A stretch of 62,482 bases of DNA from an uncultured Nitrosopumilales archaeon (GTDB lineage: Archaea; Thermoproteota; Nitrososphaeria; Nitrososphaerales; UBA57): assembly GCA_964552125.1 (NCBI GenBank), contig CAZKFJ010000003.1:1-62482 (forward strand), given 5' to 3'. A program made the position numbers and the translations under genes. The notes below the pieces were generated by a model. The model was not told where the DNA came from. It searched no databases and saw only the letters and a list, made by a program, of their open reading frames with translations. Positions within the stretch are counted from its first letter, which is position 1. Every line of letters begins with the position of its first letter. Below are positions 49,824 through 58,271 of this stretch, piece after piece.

Positions 49824-51242
49824 ATGATGGTATCAAGAAAGATATTGTTGTTATTGATATTGCCCGTTATTTTGGGGCTTATAGTAGGAAGTCAGATAAC
49901 AAACGATGTAGATAATGAACAAGGAGAGTTAATTCAAGATAGTTGTAATCTTAGAACTGAAAATAACAACAAGTATATCAAAGAATACGTTATTCCAACT
50001 AGATGTTCCGCTCCGGTAGCAATAACAATTGATAATGAAGGTTTAGTGTGGTTTATTGAGAACAACCATAGTAAATTAGTCTCTTTTAATCCAAATCAAG
50101 AGTCATTTATTGAATATCAGATTTCAGATATTTATTTAGACGTACAATCTTGGAGCATGGTTGCAGTAGATAACGAAATATGGTTTACAGATCATCGAAA
50201 CAATTTAATATGGAAATATATGAAGTCGGAAAATAGATTTGAATATTATAGATTATTAACAGAAAATTCATATCCTGTTCAGATATTAAATAATAAAAAT
50301 CAAATGATTGTATCAGAAATATTTGGGAAGAAAATCGCAATACTAGAAATTGATAAATTAAGAACAAATACAACGAAGGGGGTAAACGAAATTTCTCCTG
50401 AGATTGATCTAGACGTATTAGGAGGAATTGCGATAGATGACGAAGGTAGAATATGGTATACTATGCTTACATGGCCGATTGAGGGGCATTTGGGAAATTA
50501 TAAAGATGGAGAATTTATTTCGTATAAATTACCGAAAGAAATATCATCTCCAGTTGGAATTTCAATTAAAGAGAATCAAATATGGATAAATGATCATGGT
50601 TCCAGTCAATTTGTCTTATTTAATCTTGAAAATAATACTTTTACAAACTATGTAACATCTTCAAGTAAATCAGACTTTACAACAACATTACCATATTGGA
50701 ATAAGTTTGACAATGATGGAAATATCTGGATGAATATTCACCAATCGAACACTATAGCAAAAATTGATGTGGAAAAAAAGATATTGATTGAATATGAAAT
50801 ACCAACAAGAAATTTTGATTGGGGAGGAATATCCAACCCGCTTCAATTCGATATAGATAATCAAGGAAATATCTGGTTTACAGAATGGACGGAAAACAAG
50901 ATTGCAATGCTGGATACTAGAAAACCATTGGAATTCAGTATTGAATCGTCGACTAGAGAGATAGTAATTGACAATAATAAAGTGGGAGAAATGATACTAA
51001 TGATAGAACCCAAGAAACAATTAGATGTAGAAATAAAAATTACCGGGACATTTAGCAAGAATGGTTCGATAAAAAATGTTTCAATAACATTCGAACAGAT
51101 AGAAAATGAGTTCGATGTGAAAAAAGAAATTCCAATCTTGATAAAATCAGAGAATTTAGACAAGGGAACGTATACAATAATGGTAAGTGTTGAGAGCGAG
51201 GAGATTACTCAATCAATTCCAATAAAATTAGTTATGAAATAA
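49824..51242 (+). CDS. Secreted/anchored beta-propeller protein (streptogramin-lyase/Vgb-like repeats) with C-terminal Ig-like region
   Basis: 472 aa with an N-terminal TM/signal segment and about 6 repeats ending in (E/D)G.(I/V)W(F/Y/I/M)(T/I/N)(E/D/M): GLVWFIE, NEIWFTD, GRIWYTM, NQIWIND, GNIWMNI, GNIWFTE. Confidence 0.7.
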   Translation: MMVSRKILLLLILPVILGLIVGSQITNDVDNEQGELIQDSCNLRTENNNKYIKEYVIPTRCSAPVAITIDNEGLVWFIENNHSKLVSFNPNQESFIEYQISDIYLDVQSWSMVAVDNEIWFTDHRNNLIWKYMKSENRFEYYRLLTENSYPVQILNNKNQMIVSEIFGKKIAILEIDKLRTNTTKGVNEISPEIDLDVLGGIAIDDEGRIWYTMLTWPIEGHLGNYKDGEFISYKLPKEISSPVGISIKENQIWINDHGSSQFVLFNLENNTFTNYVTSSSKSDFTTTLPYWNKFDNDGNIWMNIHQSNTIAKIDVEKKILIEYEIPTRNFDWGGISNPLQFDIDNQGNIWFTEWTENKIAMLDTRKPLEFSIESSTREIVIDNNKVGEMILMIEPKKQLDVEIKITGTFSKNGSIKNVSITFEQIENEFDVKKEIPILIKSENLDKGTYTIMVSVESEEITQSIPIKLVMK

Positions 51243-51247
51243 TTGTA

Positions 51248-51323
51248 TGGGGCGAGGGAGATTTGAACTCCCGATCACTTGCTCCCAAAGCAAACATCTT
51301 AGACCAGACTAGACAACCGCCCC
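51248..51323 (-). tRNA. tRNA-Pro (anticodon TGG), intron-less
   Basis: Reverse-complement fold: acceptor GGGGCGG/TCGCCCC, D-stem GTCT/AGAT, anticodon arm TTTGC-TTTGGGA-GCAAG, T-arm GGGAG-TTCAAAT-CTCCC. 76 nt. Confidence 0.9.
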
Positions 51324-51425
51324 AATAACGTATAATTATCAATGTAGAAAAGTATATCGAGATTTGGTAGAATTAGGTCAAAATATGTTAAGCTTTAAAT
51401 GTATATTTTATTTATATAGTATATC

Positions 51426-53498
51426 TTGTCAACAATGCCTTACAAAACATCAAAGAGAGTAAGGACAATTTATTCAGTTATTGCATCGTCAAATCGTCTA
51501 GATATTTTAAGAATATTGAATTCCAAGGGGCCTTTAAGTTATTCAGAATTAAAAACATTGGCAGGGTTCAAATCGAAAAAAGAATCTGGAAAATTCGCAT
51601 ATCATTTAAGAAAATTAGTTAAACAAATGCTAGTTACATTAAACAGATCAGAAAGGAGGTACAATGTAACAAACCTAGGAAGACTAATTCTAAATTTAAC
51701 AAGGCAAATAGAAGAACAAAGTGTAATAGAGAGTGGAAAGATCTACGTTAGAACATCGAAAGAAATGATGGAGGAGTTCAAGCCAGACAAAATTTTACAA
51801 GCATTGGTTAAAGAGGCAGGAATGCCGGTGGATTTAGCGCAAAAGATGACGAGTGAAGCTGAGGCCAGATTATATAAATTTCAAACAAGCTACCTCACGG
51901 CTCCACTAATAAGAGAAATAGTTAATGCATTATTAATTGAACACGGATATGAAGAGTATAGGCACAAATTAACAAGAATAGGCCTTCCAATTCATGATGT
52001 TACTCAGATGTTAAAACAAAGTACAAGAAGTGATAATGGAGTATCGTCATTAGTTACACAAACATCTAAAGAAGTATTTTCGGAATATCTGTTACTAAAT
52101 CAATTATCAAGAGATGTAACTGATGCGCATCTATCAGGAGATATACATATTTCTAATTTAGGAGTATGGGGTCTAAAACCAGATACAGTTTTTGTGAATC
52201 TAAGTTCATTGCCGAGTCAAGGAATAAAGGTAAAAGGAAAATTACTTAGTTCTGTAAAGATCAACAAAGCAGAGAGTTTTTCAGATAGTATTTCGAATAT
52301 GGTGTTACTTACAACAGAATTGAGTAAAGAAATAAACACAGAGATAGCATACAATAATTTTATAGATTACATAACTGGTTTTGTAGACAATAAGACTTCT
52401 AGCTCAAAAAACAGTTTAGTACAAATGTTCAAAATGATTTCTCAAGTAGTATCAGATGATACTAGTCCATTTGTATCAATGAATCTAAATGTTCAAAAGA
52501 ATTCTAAAATTGACGATAAACAACTGACAAAACTACATAAATTGATTCTAGAAAGTTATGAAGAATATATACAATCAATAGCCATCCCAAAGATAACATT
52601 AATATTACCATTAACTAATTCACAAAATACAGAAATAAGTAAAAAGGTATTTACAATCATAAAGAAAGGCGGTTACATTGCAATAAATGCCGATACAAAG
52701 AATAATTTCTCCTATACAGGAATTAATAAATCAATGGTTAAGAATTCTGCAGGGGGAAATATTATTCTTCATGCAGTTTCAATTAATCTTCCTAGATTGG
52801 CATATGAATCAAATAAAGACGATACATATTTTAGAGCAAAAGTGAATTTGATTTTAAAGACTGCGATATCGGCATTGTCCACCAGGAGAGAGATAATCGA
52901 TGACATGACAGGTAAAGGGCTATTGCCATTGCTGAATATAAATACTGGAATAATTTCTAGTCAAAAGATTCCACTTATAATTAATTTTACAGGATTAGAT
53001 GAAGCAATAGACGGTCTTTTAGGCACGAAATCAACCTCAAAAGAAAGGGGAAAGTTAGCGGGAAAGATCATAGATACAGCTATGGAAGAGATTACAAATT
53101 CAGGTAAGAGATTAAGCGAGGAATTTGGACTATCGTCGATTGTAGATGACTCTGCAGAGAGGTTTACAAATATCGATATAGAGAAATTTGGAAAGGCCAG
53201 AGTAATCAAGGAATATCAACAATCTAGAATACTGGATCTAGATGAGCAAGAGAAGATTGATGAGATGAATAGCTATATTAGTAAATTCAAAGGGGGTTAT
53301 TCATTATACATAGATACATCGAATTCGACAATTAAGAATTTTCAAGAAATGACTAATAAAATATCAAAAAAAGTTGGCTTTTTCAAATATCATTGTAAGT
53401 TAAGAGTTTGTATTTCTTGCGCGTATAAAAACGTCTACAATACAGAAAAATGTAGTAATTGCAATTCAACGTCATTACAAGAATATCCGGTAAATTAA
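51426..53498 (+). CDS. wHTH + ATP-cone + class III RNR (NrdD)-like protein lacking a glycyl-radical C-terminus
   Basis: 690 aa (TTG at 51426; ATG at 51435 sits ~22 nt after a TTTATATA box and may be the leaderless start). ArsR-like wHTH, ATP-cone-like segment, NrdD-like AHLSGDIHISNLG and SINLPRLAYES, and a C-terminal CxxC-x10-CxxC followed by 11 Gly-free residues and the stop. Confidence 0.7.
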   Translation: MSTMPYKTSKRVRTIYSVIASSNRLDILRILNSKGPLSYSELKTLAGFKSKKESGKFAYHLRKLVKQMLVTLNRSERRYNVTNLGRLILNLTRQIEEQSVIESGKIYVRTSKEMMEEFKPDKILQALVKEAGMPVDLAQKMTSEAEARLYKFQTSYLTAPLIREIVNALLIEHGYEEYRHKLTRIGLPIHDVTQMLKQSTRSDNGVSSLVTQTSKEVFSEYLLLNQLSRDVTDAHLSGDIHISNLGVWGLKPDTVFVNLSSLPSQGIKVKGKLLSSVKINKAESFSDSISNMVLLTTELSKEINTEIAYNNFIDYITGFVDNKTSSSKNSLVQMFKMISQVVSDDTSPFVSMNLNVQKNSKIDDKQLTKLHKLILESYEEYIQSIAIPKITLILPLTNSQNTEISKKVFTIIKKGGYIAINADTKNNFSYTGINKSMVKNSAGGNIILHAVSINLPRLAYESNKDDTYFRAKVNLILKTAISALSTRREIIDDMTGKGLLPLLNINTGIISSQKIPLIINFTGLDEAIDGLLGTKSTSKERGKLAGKIIDTAMEEITNSGKRLSEEFGLSSIVDDSAERFTNIDIEKFGKARVIKEYQQSRILDLDEQEKIDEMNSYISKFKGGYSLYIDTSNSTIKNFQEMTNKISKKVGFFKYHCKLRVCISCAYKNVYNTEKCSNCNSTSLQEYPVN

Positions 53499-53637
53499 AT
53501 TATTTTTATAATCAACAAGTCATAAACAATTGACAGGGTTATTCTATATTAACAAAAAACAAAGCCCAGAATAAACAGATTGAATCGATTAACAGGTATT
53601 TTCATGTATAAACCAATTATGTTTTTTTGCAAGAGTG

Positions 53638-53658
53638 AAATCTTTTGTCAAAAGATTT
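53638..53658. promoter_or_regulatory. Perfect 10+10 bp inverted repeat AAATCTTTTG-T-CAAAAGATTT
   Basis: Read directly from the sequence; every position 53638-53647 pairs with 53658-53649. Followed by a T-rich tract. It could be an operator or a hairpin terminator for the upstream gene. Confidence 0.5.
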
Positions 53659-53812
53659 TATTATGTTATGTCTTATACAAATTTGTCTATAGAGTGATGT
53701 GAATAGAACTGTTTTTAATTGTAGTAAAAAAGATATACAAAATGTTAATTTAATCGGCAATCACTCAACATATGTGGATTTGCCGGTTAATGCGATAAAC
53801 GCTCATATACTG

Positions 53813-53826
53813 GTTCTACATAGAAC
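53813..53826. promoter_or_regulatory. Palindrome GTTCTA-CA-TAGAAC 26-39 nt upstream of the nrdJ ATG
   Basis: Read directly from the sequence. The half-site ATAGAAC recurs at 53703-53709. A GAGGT Shine-Dalgarno-like element follows at ~53837-53841. Confidence 0.4.
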
Positions 53827-53851
53827 AGTGTCCTAGTGAGGTTTTGAGTTT

Positions 53852-56254
53852 ATGGAAATTAATAATGTTTTATCCGAAAATGTAATGAAGGTATTAAAAG
53901 CAAGATACCTGTTAAAATTCGAAGATGGAAGGCAAGAAAAACCAGATGAATTATTTTTAAGAGTTGCCGGAGCAATAGCGAGCGCAGATGAAGAATACCA
54001 GGATTTTAACAGCAAAGAATCAAAAGAAATATTTTATAAAATGATGAAAAACTTCGAATTTTTGCCTAATTCTCCCACTTTGATGAATGCAGGAGCCCCA
54101 TTAGGTCAATTATCAGCCTGTTTTGTATTACCTATTGAAGATGAAACAAGCTCAATAATGGATGCGGTAAAGACTCAAGCAATAGTCCAAAAAACAGGAG
54201 GAGGAACAGGTTTTTCATTCTCAAAATTAAGGCCAGAAGGGGATCAAGTAGGATCAACTGGATCTGTAGCGTCAGGACCTGTATCATTTATGCAATTATT
54301 TGACAAATGCACGCAAGTAATTAAGCAGGGAGGAAAAAGACGAGGAGCAAACATGGGAATAGTGAATATCGAACATCCTGATGTTGTAGAATTTATTGAA
54401 ATGAAAAGGAACAACATGAAATTAGCAGAAGAAGCAAAGATTATGAAAGAATTCAATGTATCAGTAGCAATCACTGATGACTTTATGAGTAGATTAGAAA
54501 AAGAAGACTATCATAAATTTATTAATCCAAGAACTGGAGAAGAAGTTTTAAAATGTAATAAATGTAGGAAAAATGTTTTCCCTGGACAAAATGAATCTAG
54601 GTGTAATTTATGTGGAGGAGAAGGCGAAAGAATAAGAGCTAGAGAATTATGGGAAAAAATTATCGATTGTGCATGGGAGTGTGCAGATCCGGGATTAATT
54701 TTCATAGATAAAATAAATAATAGTAATTCAAACCCTGTAAGAGAACATTTCAAAATTGAATCAACAAATCCGTGTGGGGAAGTGCCATTACTGCCAAATG
54801 AAAGTTGTAACTTAGGTTCCATAAATGTAGCGAAATTTACAAATAATGAGAATAACGACATGGATTGGGACAGACTTAGAGAATGTACAAGAAATGCAAT
54901 ACATTTTCTTGACAACGTAGTTACAAAGAATCAATATCCAACAAAAGAAATTGAAGAATTATCGCGTAATATGAGAAGATTAGGACTAGGTGTTATGGGA
55001 TTAGCAGACTTGTTAAGTAAATTAAAAATTAAATACGGGTCGGATGAATCATTCAGGTTTTCAAGAAAATTAATGAAGTTTATTTCAGATGTTGCTTGGA
55101 AGATGTCTGAAGAATTAGCAGAGAATAGAGGTACATTTCCTTATTGGGATAAAAGTGATTTCGCGAAGATTGGAAGAAAGGTCAGGAATGTAAATTGTAC
55201 AATAATTGCCCCTACAGGTTCAATTGGAACGATAGCAAATTGTTCTCCAGGAATAGAACCTCATTTTGCTTTAGTTTTTGTAAGGCACTCGAGAATCAAA
55301 GAAAGAAGTGAAGAATTTGAGGAACTTCATTATTTGAATGAATCATTTGCAATAGCACTAGAGGATCATAACATCAATCTGGATAAAGAAAAAATAAATG
55401 AAATTTCTGCAAACGGAGGAAGTATTCAAGACATATCCTGGATTCCAAGCGAGGTAAAGGAGATGTTTCCAATTGCCGCAGATTTATCTGGAGATCAACA
55501 TGTGCGCATGCAATCTGCTTTTCAAGAATTCGTTGATGATGGAGTAAGTAAAACAATTAACCTTGCAAACGAAGCTACTAAAGAAGATGTAAATAATTCT
55601 TATAGATTAGCATACAACACACATTGTAAAGGAATAACAGTATATCGCGATGGTTGTCTAGATGTTCAAGTATTAGAAACAGACAAGACGAAGAATTTAC
55701 GAGGAGATAATAAAAACAAAGAATCAGCACATGTTTTACCAGGAGGGTATAAACGTCCTGAGTATTTAGTAGGTAGAACGTATAGATTTACGTACACAAA
55801 CAGCGGATTATTTATTACAATAAATAGAGATCAAGAAGGAAGACCAAGAGAGGTATTCATTGAAAGGGGTAAATCAGGTGATGAAGAGAAAGCAGCATAT
55901 GAAGGAATGGGAAGATTAATCTCAATAGCGTTGCAATCCGATGTCGATGTGAAGTCAATAATTAAGACAATGCGAGGAATACAAACAAAGAATGTATCAT
56001 GGCATCAAACAAAAGGCAACAGTATACCAATTAGGTCAGTTCCAGATGCAGTTGCTCATGCATTAGCTGATTCCATGCACACAGAACCAGAAGCAATAAT
56101 CCCAGAAACAGAAGAAATAAAGAACGAAGTATTAGAAATAACAGGATCTAGTTCAAATAACAAGAGTAAATGTACTGCATGTGGAGAAATGAGTTTGATT
56201 TACGCAGAAGGTTGTAGTAAATGTTTGTCTTGTTCCTATTCCAGTTGCGGTTAG
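53852..56254 (+). CDS. nrdJ: Adenosylcobalamin-dependent (class II) ribonucleotide reductase
   Basis: 800 aa with the catalytic finger-loop STNPCGEVPL..ESCNLGS and a C-terminal Cys-rich zinc finger (CTACGE...CSKCLSC). Has an additional internal CxxC-x12-CxxC (54554-54613). No intein-sized insertion. Confidence 0.92.
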   Translation: MEINNVLSENVMKVLKARYLLKFEDGRQEKPDELFLRVAGAIASADEEYQDFNSKESKEIFYKMMKNFEFLPNSPTLMNAGAPLGQLSACFVLPIEDETSSIMDAVKTQAIVQKTGGGTGFSFSKLRPEGDQVGSTGSVASGPVSFMQLFDKCTQVIKQGGKRRGANMGIVNIEHPDVVEFIEMKRNNMKLAEEAKIMKEFNVSVAITDDFMSRLEKEDYHKFINPRTGEEVLKCNKCRKNVFPGQNESRCNLCGGEGERIRARELWEKIIDCAWECADPGLIFIDKINNSNSNPVREHFKIESTNPCGEVPLLPNESCNLGSINVAKFTNNENNDMDWDRLRECTRNAIHFLDNVVTKNQYPTKEIEELSRNMRRLGLGVMGLADLLSKLKIKYGSDESFRFSRKLMKFISDVAWKMSEELAENRGTFPYWDKSDFAKIGRKVRNVNCTIIAPTGSIGTIANCSPGIEPHFALVFVRHSRIKERSEEFEELHYLNESFAIALEDHNINLDKEKINEISANGGSIQDISWIPSEVKEMFPIAADLSGDQHVRMQSAFQEFVDDGVSKTINLANEATKEDVNNSYRLAYNTHCKGITVYRDGCLDVQVLETDKTKNLRGDNKNKESAHVLPGGYKRPEYLVGRTYRFTYTNSGLFITINRDQEGRPREVFIERGKSGDEEKAAYEGMGRLISIALQSDVDVKSIIKTMRGIQTKNVSWHQTKGNSIPIRSVPDAVAHALADSMHTEPEAIIPETEEIKNEVLEITGSSSNNKSKCTACGEMSLIYAEGCSKCLSCSYSSCG

Positions 56255-57186
56255 AAAGACGAATTTTCTGTGAAAATAAGGTGTAACAAAGTTGAACGAA
56301 TTAATTTTCCAGAGCTTACTTGATTAAAGTATTTTGCATAAACAGTATTATCAATTTCACTAGGAATTTCGTCAGATCTAGGCATAGGATGAAGTAAAAT
56401 AAGGTTTTCTTTCGCTTTGGCAAGTAAATTGTTATCAATTTTATAAGATCCCTTTACTCTTTCATACTCTTGTAAATCAGGAAAACGTTCTTTTTGAATT
56501 CTAGTGGTATAAATCACATCCAAATCAGAAATAATGTCTTGAAGGTTTTCATGAACAGAAATATTTAGTTTACTTTTAAGTTCAATTAATGGATCAGGTC
56601 GAAGTTGAAGAGGTTTAGGGGATACAAGATGAATATTAGGTTTATAATTAGACAGAGCGTATAAAAGAGAATAAACTGTTCTGCCGTATTTTAAATCTCC
56701 GAAAATTGCAATATTTAAGTTGTCGACTTTACCGCATTCGTTTAAAATGGTATAAACATCCAACATAGCTTGGGTAGGATGTTCTTCGCTACCACTACCG
56801 GCATTGATAATTGGATTGGTGCATATTTCTGAAGCATATCTAGAAACTCCTTCGCTAGCATGTCTTAGAATTATAGCGTCAACGTATTGGTCCATTGTAA
56901 GTAAACTGTCACTAAGATTTTCGCCTTTCTGAGTAGATGAGTCGGAAGGATTACCAAAACTAATTGACTTTCCGCCCAAAGAATTCATTGCAGATTCAAA
57001 ACTTAAACGAGTACGAGTACTTGGTTCAAAAAACATAAGTCCAATCGACTTAGTACTCAGAGAGTCGTTAGGAAGAGATGTTTTAATTTTATCAGCGACT
57101 TGAAATAAATAGTCTAAGTCAGGACGTTGAAAATCCTTGATCGAAACAATATCACGGTTATAAAATGGATTTTTCAATCTTTTCAT
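56251..57186 (-). CDS. pyrB: Aspartate carbamoyltransferase catalytic subunit
   Basis: Motifs FFEPSTRTR, EHPTQ and LHPMPR. The sensible start MKRLKNPFYNRDIVSIKDF is at ATG 57186 (the tracked start is 57225). Confidence 0.92.
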   Translation of the reverse strand: MKRLKNPFYNRDIVSIKDFQRPDLDYLFQVADKIKTSLPNDSLSTKSIGLMFFEPSTRTRLSFESAMNSLGGKSISFGNPSDSSTQKGENLSDSLLTMDQYVDAIILRHASEGVSRYASEICTNPIINAGSGSEEHPTQAMLDVYTILNECGKVDNLNIAIFGDLKYGRTVYSLLYALSNYKPNIHLVSPKPLQLRPDPLIELKSKLNISVHENLQDIISDLDVIYTTRIQKERFPDLQEYERVKGSYKIDNNLLAKAKENLILLHPMPRSDEIPSEIDNTVYAKYFNQVSSGKLIRSTLLHLIFTENSSF

Positions 57187-57238
57187 TAGTTTATACACAC
57201 ATAAATATAAACGTTGCAAAAACAAGAATTAATAGAAA
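57187..57238. promoter_or_regulatory. 52-nt divergent pyrB/pyrI promoter region
   Basis: A single central A/T-rich element (ATAAATATAAA, ~57210-57220) lies ~20-30 nt from both ATGs. This is consistent with two back-to-back leaderless promoters. Confidence 0.4.
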
Positions 57239-57700
57239 ATGTCAGAAACGCACGATCTTAGAATAAATAGGATAAAACACGGAACGGTCTTAGATCATAT
57301 TGTGGCTGGAAGAGCATTCAATGTGTTATCTGCATTGGACATTAATGGGACGGACGGGAATCAAGTTTCTGTTGCAATGAATGTTTCCAGTAAACAGTAT
57401 AAGAAGAAAGATATAATTAAAATTGAAAACAGGATATTGGCAGTAGAAGAGACGAATCGTTTAGCATTAATTACACCGCATTCTACAATCAACATAATTG
57501 AAAATTACGAAATAAGAGAAAAAAGAAATGTAGAACTACCCGAAAAGTTCACAGGAGTGTTCAAATGTACAAATCCGACATGTATTTCAAATTCAGATGA
57601 GCCGATTGTTTCAGAATTAGTGGTCAATAGTCAAGATCCTCCAAGTTTAAAATGTAAATACTGTACAAGAATCTCATTAACAGAAGAAATACTGAAATAA
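57239..57700 (+). CDS. pyrI: Aspartate carbamoyltransferase regulatory subunit
   Basis: 153 aa. N-terminus RINRIKHGTVLDHI and a C-terminal zinc domain CTNPTCIS...CKYC. Confidence 0.92.
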   Translation: MSETHDLRINRIKHGTVLDHIVAGRAFNVLSALDINGTDGNQVSVAMNVSSKQYKKKDIIKIENRILAVEETNRLALITPHSTINIIENYEIREKRNVELPEKFTGVFKCTNPTCISNSDEPIVSELVVNSQDPPSLKCKYCTRISLTEEILK

Positions 57701-57716
57701 TAAATTAGAATCAAAA

Positions 57717-57929
57717 TTGATAACGAATAATATAATAAAGAAAGGATTTAGAGTTATACCGACAATACTCGTGTCATTTTTTTTGTTGGCAGGAGCATTA
57801 TCTGGCATATATTTTTATGAAAATATTGATAGTCCTATAGCAATAATTATTCCATTCATATTACCAATTATAGGACTAATAATAGCAGTTCTGCTAATAA
57901 CGAAATTAGCTAAAATAATTAATTACTAA
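57717..57929 (+). CDS. Small two-TM membrane protein
   Basis: 70-aa ORF with a TTG start and two hydrophobic helices. Confidence 0.4.
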   Translation: MITNNIIKKGFRVIPTILVSFFLLAGALSGIYFYENIDSPIAIIIPFILPIIGLIIAVLLITKLAKIINY

Positions 57930-57934
57930 TTATT

Positions 57935-58252
57935 TTAACTTCCGAGAATTAACAGAGCAACAACGATTCCGTAGATAGCGACCGCTTCTGCAAGTGCAGT
58001 AATGATTAAACCTTGTGTTTTAAGATTTTCATTTTCTGCGGCAGCAGCTAAACCAGCTGAACCTGCTCTTCCAATTGCCATACCAGCACCTAATGCGGCT
58101 CCAGCAAATGCAATACCTGCACCAAGGAATTTCATTCCTTCGGCGGATGCATCACTTCCTTCTTCTTGCGCATATGCGAATGGTACAAATTGGAGGAATA
58201 CTGTTGCGATTATTGTCAATATTAGAAACGAGATTTTGTAGTTCATTTTCAT
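57935..58252 (-). CDS. atpK: A-type ATP synthase proteolipid (subunit K/c) with N-terminal signal-like extension
   Basis: Gly/Ala-rich hairpin GAGIAFAGAALGAGMAIGRAG ... ALAEAVAIYG (ion-binding Glu). ATG 58252 is preceded by AGGTG. The tracked GTG at 58258 is also possible. An internal Met42 (MKFLGAG) is an alternative start. Confidence 0.85.
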   Translation of the reverse strand: MKMNYKISFLILTIIATVFLQFVPFAYAQEEGSDASAEGMKFLGAGIAFAGAALGAGMAIGRAGSAGLAAAAENENLKTQGLIITALAEAVAIYGIVVALLILGS

Positions 58253-58271
58253 TAACACCTAATGTTCATAA

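Noticed and set aside
49622-51323. Single secreted beta-propeller gene bracketed by tRNA-Leu and tRNA-Pro, considered as a possible integrated islet.
   Set aside because: No integrase, no visible duplicated tRNA 3' fragment (att-like repeat) and no compositional break from the surroundings. Only one gene lies between the tRNAs.
53499-53851. Possible adenosylcobalamin riboswitch in the long leader of the B12-dependent RNR.
   Set aside because: I looked for a B12-box-like GC-rich core (GCCACTG-type element and flanking helices). The region is AT-rich with only a short GCCGGT. Nothing resembles the riboswitch core by eye. A covariance-model scan would be decisive.
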